Below the pieces are notes generated by a model. That model was not told where the DNA came from. It saw only the letters and a program-made list of their open reading frames with translations, and ran no database searches. DNA of 64,000 nt from Bradymonadales bacterium (GTDB taxonomy: Bacteria; Myxococcota_A; UBA9042; PWKZ01), in NCBI GenBank assembly GCA_003559575.1, contig PWKZ01000169.1, positions 197 through 64,196 of the forward strand, given 5' to 3'. The stretch's first letter is position 1; the number at the start of each line of letters is the position of its first letter. The position numbers were made by a program, and so were the translations under genes. Of the stretch, positions 38,501 to 46,646 are shown piece after piece.

Positions 38501-41489
38501 CACTCCAGCCGTCGGGATATGAGCAAGCCTGGGTCCCGGTACAGGTCCCGAACTCGTTACTCTCGAAACATGGCCGCACCCGACCGGCCTCGCCCTGAAG
38601 CAAGCAGGTGCAGGAACCGGTGGTCGGCAGGCAACGCCCCTCGTCACAGACGTAGGCGTCAAGGCAATCGGCCTCCGACTCGCACGTCCGGGTGCAAAAA
38701 GTCCCCTGGTCGACAGGCGTACACTCGCCCCCTTCCAGCGCGGCACACTGCGCGTTCTCGACACACGGCTGACAGTCGATGGTGTCGGCGCCCGGGACAC
38801 AAACTCTGTCGTTCGCCTCCGGCACCTCGTAGCCTGTAATGCATTCAACCGGCTTGCACAGCGCCGCGCCGTCCTCGACCACGCACGCCGTCTCGACGGC
38901 GTACATGACGGCGTCATCGCAGCCGTAGCCACAAAGCCCGCAGTGCTCGCGAGTGTGATAGACGCCGTTCTCATCACGAAACGGTCCGTCAACGACACCG
39001 TCGCAGTTGTCATCCTGATAGTTACAAATCTCGGCGCTCGGCTCTTGCGCGTTGCAGACGAAGCCGTCGTGACCCTCGCAAACCCAGTCGCCGTGGCAGA
39101 TCCCGTGCTCATTCTCCTTGGCGCAAGGCTCGGCGGGCGGAGCCAGCGGTCCGTCCGGCGAGTAGTCGATCCGGCCGTCGCAGTTGTTGTCGACTCCATC
39201 GCAGACCTCGGGGGCCGGCACCCGCGCGTCGCATTCGGACCAACCGCCCTCACCGCAGACCTGCTCGCCAACACAAAAGCCATATTCGTTTCGCACGGAG
39301 CAAAGTCGTCGGTTGCCGAGATCTTCTTCGTGCATGCAGCTACACGCCCCGGTGACGGGGACGCACTGGGGCTCTTGACCGGCCACTTCGAGACAATCGA
39401 ACCCCTCGGGGCAATCACCCTCCGGCGTGCCGTAGGCGTTGTCGGGCCCACAGCTTCGCCCACAAAAGCGCCCGTCGCCGAGCTCGAGACAGACGTCGCC
39501 GTCCCCGATGCAATTGAGATCCGAGATGCACGGCTCGCACAGCGATGGCGGCACAAGCTCGCAGGTGAAGGGCGACACCCGAACGTACCCGGGTTCGCAC
39601 CGGTCGACTACGCAGGTCGGCTGCTCCCTCGTGCCATCGCACCGTTCAGTAGCGTTCGCGATCGTGCCGAGGCAAGAGTAGCCGCAGACTCCGCAGTGCT
39701 CGACGTGGACGTATGCCCCCGAATCGGGATCACGAAACGGTCCGTCGACCGTCCCATCGCAGTTGTCGTCGCGATAGTTGCACTCCTCCGCCCCGGCTTG
39801 CTGAACGTCACAGACCCACTCGGCGTCAACGCAACGCCACTCCCCGACGCAGCGCGCCGGCTCGCCTGTTGGATCGTCGGGGTCGTGATAGGTGGTCTCG
39901 CACGGTTCCTCGGGCGGCACGGGGTTGAAGTCGATCAACCCGTCACAGTTGTTATCGGTGCCGTCACAGCTCTCCGGCTCCGGGGTCCGCGCCGTACATT
40001 CCAGCCAACCTTCGAGCGCAGAGCAGGCCTGTGTCCCGAAGCAACGCCCGTACTCGTTTTCATTCATACAGGCGCGCTCCACCCCGTCGTTCTCAGGAGT
40101 GCAGCCGCAATGCCCGTTCTCCGGGACGCACTGGAACACACCGGCCTCGACCTCATCGCAGGTATAGTATTCGGGGCAATCGTCACCGTGGAACGAGTCG
40201 GGGCCGCAGTCGCGACCGCAAAATGTGCCGAGACCGATCTCGAGGCAGCGATCACCCGGGACCGCGCAGTTCACGTCATGGAGACACGGAAGGCACAGCG
40301 ACGACGTGACGGGTAGGCAGAGATGATCGCCGGCGCGATAGAAGTCTTCGTCGCACTCTAGCACCACACATTGGGCCTGGCCGTCGGCCACGCGACAGCC
40401 TCCCAGACCGCCCGCGAACATCTCGCGACAGTCATTGTCGCAGGCCCCGCAGTGCTCGTCGTGAACATACAGCCCGCTGTCGGGATCGCGGAAGCCCTCA
40501 TCGGTCAACCCGTTACAGTTGTCATCGCGATAATTGCAGATCTCAGGCTGAGGCTCGCGAGAGTCCACGCATACCCAGCCCTCAGTTCCGCGACACACAA
40601 AGCGCCCGACACAGGTTCCGTGCTCATTGGCCCACTCGCACGGCTCGTCGGGCGGGACCACATCGTTGTCCACCAGCCCGTCGCAGTTATTGTCCTGCCC
40701 GTCACACACTTCTTCCGTGGGCGGTTGGGCCGAACATTCGCTCCACCCCTCCTGGCCGTCGCAAGTTTGAAAACCATAGCAGACCTCACCCGCTTCGTTG
40801 GCCGCCGCGCAGGGGCGCTGCATCCCATCCCACCGGGGCGAGCAGTCGCAGCTTCCCGTAGGCGGGACGCACTGCGGCGACTCCTCGGTCCCATCGAGGT
40901 TGCTTATGTCCTCACAGATCCAGCCGTCCGGGCAGGTCCGGTCATAGGCGCAGGGCAGAGTGCAGGCCAGCTCCTCGTCGAGTGGCAGGCAATAGCCGCC
41001 GGCGCAGTCGAGATCGACGTTACACGGCGCGCAGAGGCGCTCGGAGGCCGGGTGGCAGATGAAGACATAGTCGGGGCCGGTCCCGCGCACGCTGCGGCAC
41101 TCCCACCCCTCGGGACACCCTTCGGTGCAAGGGTGGGTGCAGACCGTGCCGCCGTCAGGGCCGGCGATGCACCACCCCGATTCGCAGTCGTCATTGTCCG
41201 TGCAGGGATCCATGAACCCCGCCGGCGCGAACCCGTCCGGCGGGAGAGCGTCAATCGTCTCCGGGGGGAGTGGCCCGTCGGTGTCGACCGTCTCGACCAA
41301 CGCGACATCTCCCGGATCCACCAAAGTATCGCGCGAAATATCTTCCACGATGTCGAGCCCCGCCGGCCGCCCGTCCTCGCCGGCACACCCCGCACCGGCG
41401 ACCAACCCGCCGATCAGGAGACAAAGCGCGATCCCGCGCCGCCGGGTCTGTGATAATCGCCGGGTGAAAAGAAGGCGTGCGTAAGCCAT
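35526..41489 (-). CDS. giant Cys-rich repeat lipoprotein 2 (paralog of lipoprotein 1)
   Basis: Same architecture as lipoprotein 1 and colinear over its full length. Ends ...TDTNF. Start chosen at MAYARLL with AAGGAG RBS 6 nt upstream, lipobox LVAGAGC. 15-bp gap to the downstream paralog. Confidence 0.8.
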   Translation of the reverse strand: MAYARLLFTRRLSQTRRRGIALCLLIGGLVAGAGCAGEDGRPAGLDIVEDISRDTLVDPGDVALVETVDTDGPLPPETIDALPPDGFAPAGFMDPCTDNDDCESGWCIAGPDGGTVCTHPCTEGCPEGWECRSVRGTGPDYVFICHPASERLCAPCNVDLDCAGGYCLPLDEELACTLPCAYDRTCPDGWICEDISNLDGTEESPQCVPPTGSCDCSPRWDGMQRPCAAANEAGEVCYGFQTCDGQEGWSECSAQPPTEEVCDGQDNNCDGLVDNDVVPPDEPCEWANEHGTCVGRFVCRGTEGWVCVDSREPQPEICNYRDDNCNGLTDEGFRDPDSGLYVHDEHCGACDNDCREMFAGGLGGCRVADGQAQCVVLECDEDFYRAGDHLCLPVTSSLCLPCLHDVNCAVPGDRCLEIGLGTFCGRDCGPDSFHGDDCPEYYTCDEVEAGVFQCVPENGHCGCTPENDGVERACMNENEYGRCFGTQACSALEGWLECTARTPEPESCDGTDNNCDGLIDFNPVPPEEPCETTYHDPDDPTGEPARCVGEWRCVDAEWVCDVQQAGAEECNYRDDNCDGTVDGPFRDPDSGAYVHVEHCGVCGYSCLGTIANATERCDGTREQPTCVVDRCEPGYVRVSPFTCELVPPSLCEPCISDLNCIGDGDVCLELGDGRFCGRSCGPDNAYGTPEGDCPEGFDCLEVAGQEPQCVPVTGACSCMHEEDLGNRRLCSVRNEYGFCVGEQVCGEGGWSECDARVPAPEVCDGVDNNCDGRIDYSPDGPLAPPAEPCAKENEHGICHGDWVCEGHDGFVCNAQEPSAEICNYQDDNCDGVVDGPFRDENGVYHTREHCGLCGYGCDDAVMYAVETACVVEDGAALCKPVECITGYEVPEANDRVCVPGADTIDCQPCVENAQCAALEGGECTPVDQGTFCTRTCESEADCLDAYVCDEGRCLPTTGSCTCLLQGEAGRVRPCFESNEFGTCTGTQACSYPDGWSACDADTPAAEVCNGRDDDCNGLTDDGVVPPSEACSISNEHGECPGQWSCGGEDGWICLGQVPAPESCNYIDDNCNGLTDELWPELYDVCSEGQGECLRFGFYECTPDGSGTRCNVEPGAPSVEVCDGRDNSCNGLTDDGPLWEDKGQPCVAGIGACARYGVLVCDSANPAGALVCSAVPGEPAAEEQCNGLDDTCNGVTDDGFLVDSQYVHLEHCGACGIDCRDAVPNSTAYCDSESYAAPRCAVAECTAGYIPASPFRCVPSGLGACEPCTTADTCVLDGAACVTLDDGDFCVNPCADPVDCTSGFVCESAAGVEGTFCVPVTHACNCDGSNPDLVRGCEVNYEDSVCYGLQECTEEGWSEVCELPPEVCNYMDDNCDGVVDGAFTVDGRYVTDEHCGGCGNNCRLLTFDGRPGACDALADPPVCSIDCAEVENCFNADGDPTTGCECCDPAPFDRPDPLGIDENCDGMDGEKDNGIFVARHGDDDAAGVFGQPLRTIQAGIAAAEHEGKTYVYVATGVYQEAVVLVPGVEVYGGYSADFRRRDPLRFETAIFGLQSSPELPGAVNAIDIYGGPRDSVVLDGFSVFGYEESRPGVSSYAVYVRGCDETLKLSYNQIIAGAGGRGLRGANGFDGADGVAGEGGMDALDIHAAYGLGQDECTVAYHSPGGSAGVFACDGTETSGGAGGERVCPAWDSANDRTVAPVASQNGLPGAAGGAGGGAAGWDVYHQRFSCDGYDSYGPVEGANGTDGAAGGDGTGGESGGLGGLVTGLWRSGGGLSGANGTFGGGGGGGGSGAGAYVDNSCNSKGYGWHNLGGSGGGGGAGACPGSAGTGGKGGGGAFGLFVVFSGAETSPPIIEHNMIVGGVGGAGGDGGFGGTGGAGGVGGFGGAGGGGGHLDPSDPMFSSYPSFQGGRGGNGGRGGHGGGGAGGAGGPAYGIFAWPPAVFDLSVWSAANDFLAPGAGGQGGVGGFSLGEPGEDGHDGVATDTNF

Positions 41490-41559
41490 GGGAGACTCCT
41501 TACGGCCGATTTGCGTTGGCGGAGAGCACGGGAGCAGACCGAGCGACAAGCAGCCCTGA

Positions 41560-41641
41560 TCCGGATCCTCTGTTCGACTATAGCTGTCCGGCCAGTAGCT
41601 TTACAACCTCACCCCAAGCGCCCTCACTCCCCTCGGTCCAC
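41560..41641. repeat. partial copy of the intergenic repeat family (shares a 33-bp exact block with 63930..63962)
   Basis: CCCTCGGTCCACGGACGCGGTGGATGATTGAGG is identical at 41609 and 63930. Flanking ATAGCT-containing sequence is also similar. Contains a short stem TCCAC/GTGGA. Confidence 0.45.
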
Positions 41642-41676
41642 GGACGCGGTGGATGATTGAGGATTCTGAGTTGACT

Positions 41677-41690
41677 TGAGACGGACTTGA
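41677..41690 (+). promoter_or_regulatory. FNR/CRP-family binding site (TTGAT-N4-ATCAA)
   Basis: TTGATCCAGATCAA matches the FNR consensus exactly. Centred about 42-43 bp upstream of the predicted TSS of nrfH (class II position). Confidence 0.5.
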
Positions 41691-41691
41691 T

Positions 41692-41719
41692 CCAGATCAA
41701 GTTGCCGATGCGCGCTCGC
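41692..41719 (+). promoter_or_regulatory. sigma70-like promoter of nrfHA
   Basis: -35 TTGCCG (41692-41697), 16-nt spacer, -10 TATAAT (41714-41719). GGGGACGG RBS before the nrfH ATG at 41758. Confidence 0.45.
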
Positions 41720-41757
41720 CCTTTATAATCTTTGTGAAAACGTAACGGGGACGGTTC

Positions 41758-42393
41758 ATGTTGAACAGGCTCGGGCGCACATTTGTTTCGCTTTTGACTC
41801 TGCAAATAGTGGCGCCACGGTGGCGGCTGCCCTGTTTTGCGGCGCTCGGGGCTTTCGTCGGTCTCAGCTTGGTGGTCGCCCACATTTCGCGGGCCGCCTC
41901 CTACTTGACCGACTCCCCCGAGGCCTGCGTCAACTGTCACGTCATGACCAACGCTTATCTGACATGGCAGAGGAGCTCGCACGCCACGTTGACCACCTGC
42001 GGCGACTGCCACGTCCCCCAAGATAACATCCTGAGCCACTACCTCTACAAAGCCCGCGACGGCGCCTGGCACACGACTGCCTTCACCTTGCGCTTGGAGC
42101 CGCAAGTGCTGCGACTCTCCAAGAAGGCCATCCCGGTTATCGAGGCCAACTGCCGCCGCTGTCACGACCACGAGCTTCATCGCGTCTCCCTCGCGGCCCC
42201 CGATGAGCAGGGTCAACGATGCTGGGATTGCCACCGCGCCGTGCCGCACGGGAGTGTGCGGTCGCTCTCCACCTCGCCCGCGCTTATGCGCCCAGCGCTC
42301 CCCCCGTTGACGGGGCCGCTCAAGGGTCAAGGACAAACGATCGGCGGCCGGCCCGTCCGGCCCAGCGGTGGCGAACAAGGAGGACCACAATGA
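41758..42393 (+). CDS. nrfH: cytochrome c nitrite reductase small subunit, tetraheme NapC/NirT family
   Basis: N-terminal membrane anchor and four CXXCH motifs (CVNCH, CGDCH, CRRCH, CWDCH). Stop overlaps the nrfA start (ATGA). Confidence 0.85.
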   Translation: MLNRLGRTFVSLLTLQIVAPRWRLPCFAALGAFVGLSLVVAHISRAASYLTDSPEACVNCHVMTNAYLTWQRSSHATLTTCGDCHVPQDNILSHYLYKARDGAWHTTAFTLRLEPQVLRLSKKAIPVIEANCRRCHDHELHRVSLAAPDEQGQRCWDCHRAVPHGSVRSLSTSPALMRPALPPLTGPLKGQGQTIGGRPVRPSGGEQGGPQ

Positions 42394-43877
42394 GCCCGAC
42401 CCCCTCGACCGCGAAGCGCTCTCATCGCCCCTGGCAGGGCTTTGTAGTATTCGGGACGGCGATGCTGGCTGTCTTCCTGATGGGGCTTTTTTTCGCCTCC
42501 ATCATGGAGCGTCGGCGTGAAGCGCACCACATGGAGGTGCTCCAGCCGATTGCGGCGCTCGAATCCGACCCGGCCAAGTGGCGCGCCAACTATCCTCGCC
42601 AATACGACAGCTATCTTCGCACCAGAGAGACCGAGGCCGAGACCAAATACGGCGGCCCGGCTTTTCGCGACTACTTGGAGGAGACCCCCGCCAATGTGAT
42701 CCTTTTTGCCGGGATTGCGTTCTCGAGAGACTACAACCAGGCGCGCGGGCATTACTGGGCGCGCCGGGATACCCTCGACACCGGACGTCTGGCCCCCGAC
42801 AATCCCGGCACCTGCTGGACTTGCAAGAGTTCCGACGTCCCGCGGGTGATGGCCGAGCTGGGGGCAGGCCTCGTCGACGATCCCGAGAACGCGAGCTTTC
42901 GCGAGCGGCTGATGGCCGGCGCGGCGCCTTTCTATGCCACCAACTTTCATGAATTGACGCCCGAGATGAACCACACCATCGGCTGCCTGAACTGCCACGA
43001 TCCCGAGACGATGAGCCTCCGAATCACCCGCCCGGCGCTCGTCGAGGCGTTCGAGCGCCGCGAAATGGACATCGACGAGGTCTCTCATCAGGAGATGCGC
43101 TCCCTCGTTTGCGCCCAATGCCACGTCGAGTACTATTTCCGGGGCGAAAACGACCACCTCACCTTGCCGTGGGATCAGGGGACCACCGTCGAGGACATGG
43201 AGCGACACTTCGACGAGTACGAGTTCGCCGATTACACGCACGCCATCAGCGGCGCGCCGATAATCAAGATCCAGCACCCCGACTACGAACTATATCAGCG
43301 GGGCATCCACGCCTACCGCAGCGTCTCCTGCGCCGACTGCCACATGCCCTACAAGACGGAGGGCGGGGTCAAATACAGCGATCACCACCTCCAGAGCCCC
43401 CTCTTGAGCATCGACAACTCCTGCGCGGTCTGCCACCGCTGGAGCGAGACCGAGATCCGGGTTAGGGTGGAGTCGATTCAAGACAAGATCAAAGAGGGGC
43501 GCGAGCGCGCAGAGCGGGCGCTCGCGTTGGCCCACTTCGACGTGGCGGCGGCGGCCCAGGCGGGCGCCGACGACGCGGAGCTTGCGCGCGCGCGAGCGTT
43601 GTTACGCGGCTCGCAGGTCCGGTGGGACTTCGTCGCGGCCGCCAAGGGGATGGGGTTCCACGCCCCCCAAGAGGCCCAGCGGATTTTGACCGCCGCGGTG
43701 GAGTTGGCCCAGGAGGCACGCCTGGAGGCCGGCCGACTGCTCGCCGGCTACGGCTACACGGCGCCCGTCGCCTACCCCGCGTTTGAAACCAAGGAGCAGG
43801 CCCAAGCCCTCGTCCAACGCTTCACCAACGGCGATCCACCCAGTCTGTTGGTTGGCGGAACGGGCGCCCACCCCTGA
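42390..43877 (+). CDS. nrfA: cytochrome c552 nitrite reductase catalytic subunit (pentaheme, ammonia-forming)
   Basis: Diagnostic CXXCK active-site heme motif (CWTCKS) plus four CXXCH (CLNCH, CAQCH, CADCH, CAVCH). N-terminal signal anchor. AGGAGG RBS. Confidence 0.9.
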   Translation: MSPTPSTAKRSHRPWQGFVVFGTAMLAVFLMGLFFASIMERRREAHHMEVLQPIAALESDPAKWRANYPRQYDSYLRTRETEAETKYGGPAFRDYLEETPANVILFAGIAFSRDYNQARGHYWARRDTLDTGRLAPDNPGTCWTCKSSDVPRVMAELGAGLVDDPENASFRERLMAGAAPFYATNFHELTPEMNHTIGCLNCHDPETMSLRITRPALVEAFERREMDIDEVSHQEMRSLVCAQCHVEYYFRGENDHLTLPWDQGTTVEDMERHFDEYEFADYTHAISGAPIIKIQHPDYELYQRGIHAYRSVSCADCHMPYKTEGGVKYSDHHLQSPLLSIDNSCAVCHRWSETEIRVRVESIQDKIKEGRERAERALALAHFDVAAAAQAGADDAELARARALLRGSQVRWDFVAAAKGMGFHAPQEAQRILTAAVELAQEARLEAGRLLAGYGYTAPVAYPAFETKEQAQALVQRFTNGDPPSLLVGGTGAHP

Positions 43878-43915
43878 CTCGCCGGAGAAGATCCCGCATC
43901 CGTAGGTCTCCGTGA

Positions 43916-43941
43916 CCGTTGGACGCGGACGCGTCCAACGG
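43916..43941. terminator. perfect 12-bp palindromic hairpin between convergent nrfA and the rubredoxin-reductase gene (bidirectional terminator candidate)
   Basis: CCGTTGGACGCG GA CGCGTCCAACGG, flanked by GTGACCG direct repeats. No T-tract. Confidence 0.55.
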
Positions 43942-44054
43942 CAGTGACCGCGGGACGCCGGAACAGGGTCAGCCCCGGCTGCGAATCTGCCGGGGGTCGG
44001 CCAGCGCAAGATCGAGGCCTGGAGCGCCGACACCCCCGTGTGGGCCGTAATGTC

Positions 44055-45422
44055 CTAACGGCTGAGGATCTCCATCAAGAGCTGCTGTTCCTTCTCCTGA
44101 TCGAGATCCGACGGAAGATCCACCTCGTGCGCGCTCTCCACAGCCGCGCTCAGCGCTGTCGAGCCCTCTAGGGTACCGAGCAAGATCCCACCAACCACCC
44201 GGCCCTCGTGAATCACGAGCTTGCGATACAATCCATTCTCGCGCTCGTGGGAGCAGAGCGCGCGCGAACCCTCGGGGGGAGCGGCCGCCCGGCCGGCCGA
44301 GAAGACCGGGATCCCGAGCACCTTCAAAAACGTCGCCGCGATCTGAGTCTCGAGGGTCAACGCGGCTCCGCCCGCGTTGGCCCCGGCGACGTCACCCATC
44401 GACATCGCGGTGGGCCATATGCCATAGAGGGCACCCCGATGCTCGGCCACATCACCGGCGGCGAAGATGTTTCGATCGCTCGTCCGCATGCCGTCGTCAA
44501 CCATGACACCAAGGTTGGTCTCGAGACCGGCCGCCTTGGCGAGCCCAAGATTGGGCCGGATCCCGGCCGCGACAACCACGAGATCCCCGCCGACCACGGC
44601 ACCACCGGCCAGATTGACCTCAAGCGGCCCCTCACCGCCTGAGTCGCCGAACCCCTCGACTCCAATCCCGGTGCGCACCTCGATCCCCTTGCGCGCAACC
44701 TCGGTCTCCAGTAGCGCGGCGGCGGCGGAGTCGAGTTGACGCGGCAGCAAGCGCGGCGCCATCTCCAGGACCGTCACACGGCACCCGGCGCGGGCCTTGA
44801 GCGCGTAGGCGGACTCGAGGCCCAACAGCCCGCCCCCCAAGACCACGACATGGGACAGCTCGGGCGCGAGGCTTATCAGGTGCTCGGCGTCGTCGAGGGT
44901 GCGCAGCACCACCACCTTCGGCTGGTCGATGCCGGGGATCGGGGGGCGGCCGGCCGCCGCGCCCGTGGTAATGACGAGCCGGTCATAAGGGAGCTCGCGC
45001 CCGGAGTCAGTGACGACGACTCGCTCCCGACGATCAATCCGGGCCACGCGCTGCCCCAGGACCAAATCAATGTCCTGTTCGGCGTAACGCGCCTCATCGA
45101 AGAGCGAGAGGTCATCGCGACTGATCTCGCCTGCCACATAGGGTGTCAGGCTCATCCTGCTGTAAAACGGGTGCGGCTCGTCAGTCAGAACCTTTATTTG
45201 GGACTTCCGCGTGGTGCGACGAAGCGCCAGCGCTGCGTGATGGCCTGCGACGCCATTGCCGATCACCACCACGGCACTCGGGGCTTCACCCGCCTGCACC
45301 GACAGATCCTCGTCCGGCAGGCGCTCAAAAAACTCGGGCCCGACCTCGCACACGGGACATTTGGCGGGCGGCTCGTCGCCCCGATGAACATAAGCACAGA
45401 TCCGACATCTCCAACGTTTCAC
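44055..45422 (-). CDS. rubredoxin-domain-fused FAD/NAD(P)H pyridine nucleotide-disulfide oxidoreductase (NorW / rubredoxin reductase-like)
   Basis: N-terminal rubredoxin fold CRICAY...CPVCEV. Two Rossmann GxGxxG motifs (VVVIGNGVAGHHAA, VVVLGGGLLGLESA). C-terminal dimerisation domain. Confidence 0.7.
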   Translation of the reverse strand: MKRWRCRICAYVHRGDEPPAKCPVCEVGPEFFERLPDEDLSVQAGEAPSAVVVIGNGVAGHHAALALRRTTRKSQIKVLTDEPHPFYSRMSLTPYVAGEISRDDLSLFDEARYAEQDIDLVLGQRVARIDRRERVVVTDSGRELPYDRLVITTGAAAGRPPIPGIDQPKVVVLRTLDDAEHLISLAPELSHVVVLGGGLLGLESAYALKARAGCRVTVLEMAPRLLPRQLDSAAAALLETEVARKGIEVRTGIGVEGFGDSGGEGPLEVNLAGGAVVGGDLVVVAAGIRPNLGLAKAAGLETNLGVMVDDGMRTSDRNIFAAGDVAEHRGALYGIWPTAMSMGDVAGANAGGAALTLETQIAATFLKVLGIPVFSAGRAAAPPEGSRALCSHERENGLYRKLVIHEGRVVGGILLGTLEGSTALSAAVESAHEVDLPSDLDQEKEQQLLMEILSR

Positions 45423-45452
45423 TTGGATCTCCTCTACTCTCCGGCCGGGAGC

Positions 45453-46181
45453 TCACCGCCACCCATCGCCCTGAGCGTGGCGTTCATAGATCCCCCGCGC
45501 GAGGCGCACCCTCATCGCCACCATCTCCGCCGCGACCCGCGCGATCCTGCGCGCCGTGGCCACCTTTGAACGACCGGCCAACCTCGGCGCCGGTCGAAAG
45601 GTTACGATCTTGTGCGTTACGCCGCGTCCCAGACATTGGAGCGGAAACTCGAGGTTGACGAAGAACGTGTCACTAAAAAGCGGCGCCGAGTCAAGCAACG
45701 CGCGCCGAAATAACATGGTCCCGGTGTAGTCGGCCCGTGCTCCGAGCACAACCCGACCGACGACACGATAGCTCGCGCTCAGCAACGCACGCGTGAGCCC
45801 GTCGCCGCGCCGGTCATACACCGAGAGGACCAGATCAACCTCCTTGGCGGCCCCGATGAACGCCTCGAGTGTTTCGGGCGGCACCTGGCCGTCAGCCGGG
45901 AGCTGGGTGACCCACTCCTTCGTCGCCGCCCTGTATCCGGTGCGAATAGCACGCCCCATGCCCAGGTTGCGAGAATGCGACAGCAAGCGAACCCGTGGCT
46001 CGCAGAGCGCGGTCCGCCTGACTATCTCTGCGGTCGCGTCGACGCTACCATCGTCGACCACGAGGATCTCAAAGTCGCGTACGTTAGCCCTCAAGTACCG
46101 GAGAGTGCGATCTAGTTGAATGGGGAGGCAGGCCTCCTCGTTGAAGGCCATGATGACGACGCTGAGGCTCAGATCATGCAC
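45453..46181 (-). CDS. family 2 glycosyltransferase (polyprenol-phosphate glycosyltransferase-like)
   Basis: LSVVIMAFNEE ... ILVVDDGSVD GT2 signature. Confidence 0.75.
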   Translation of the reverse strand: MHDLSLSVVIMAFNEEACLPIQLDRTLRYLRANVRDFEILVVDDGSVDATAEIVRRTALCEPRVRLLSHSRNLGMGRAIRTGYRAATKEWVTQLPADGQVPPETLEAFIGAAKEVDLVLSVYDRRGDGLTRALLSASYRVVGRVVLGARADYTGTMLFRRALLDSAPLFSDTFFVNLEFPLQCLGRGVTHKIVTFRPAPRLAGRSKVATARRIARVAAEMVAMRVRLARGIYERHAQGDGWR

Positions 46182-46184
46182 GGC

Positions 46185-46646
46185 TCAGGTTCCCGTGTGA
46201 CCGAATCCGCCCGCACCGCGATCCGTCTCCGGCAGCGACTCGCATTCCGCGATCTCCGCCTGCGTCACCGGCGCAATGATGAGCTGGGCGATGCGCATGC
46301 CGCGCTCAACCGCGAAGGCCTCGCGGCCGTGGTTGACGAGAATCACCTTCACCTCGCCGCGGTAGTCTTCATCGATGGTCCCGGGGGAATTCAACAGCGT
46401 GATCCCATGGCGATGGGCGAGGCCACTGCGCGGCCGCACCTGCCCCTCGTGACCGGCGGGCAACGCAACCGCAAATCCGGTGGGGATGAGAGCGCGCTCA
46501 CCCGGCGACAACACAAGCGGCTCGCTCACCGCGGCCGCGAGGTCGAGGCCGGCCGCGCGCGCCGTGGAGTAGCGCGGCGCGGGCAGGTCGGCGCCGGCGC
46601 TCGCGAGCCTCTGGACAAGGAGGCGGGGACGATCGCCCCCACTCAT
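46185..46646 (-). CDS. dut: dUTP diphosphatase
   Basis: dUTPase motifs ([34 protein letters not shown]). 4-bp overlap with pnp. Confidence 0.85.
   Translation of the reverse strand: MSGGDRPRLLVQRLASAGADLPAPRYSTARAAGLDLAAAVSEPLVLSPGERALIPTGFAVALPAGHEGQVRPRSGLAHRHGITLLNSPGTIDEDYRGEVKVILVNHGREAFAVERGMRIAQLIIAPVTQAEIAECESLPETDRGAGGFGHTGT

Noticed and set aside
36978-41453. Plus-strand ORFs of 360-457 aa inside giant lipoprotein gene 2
   Set aside because: Same reasoning. No signal peptides, domains or RBS, and they overlap a motif-rich coding frame.
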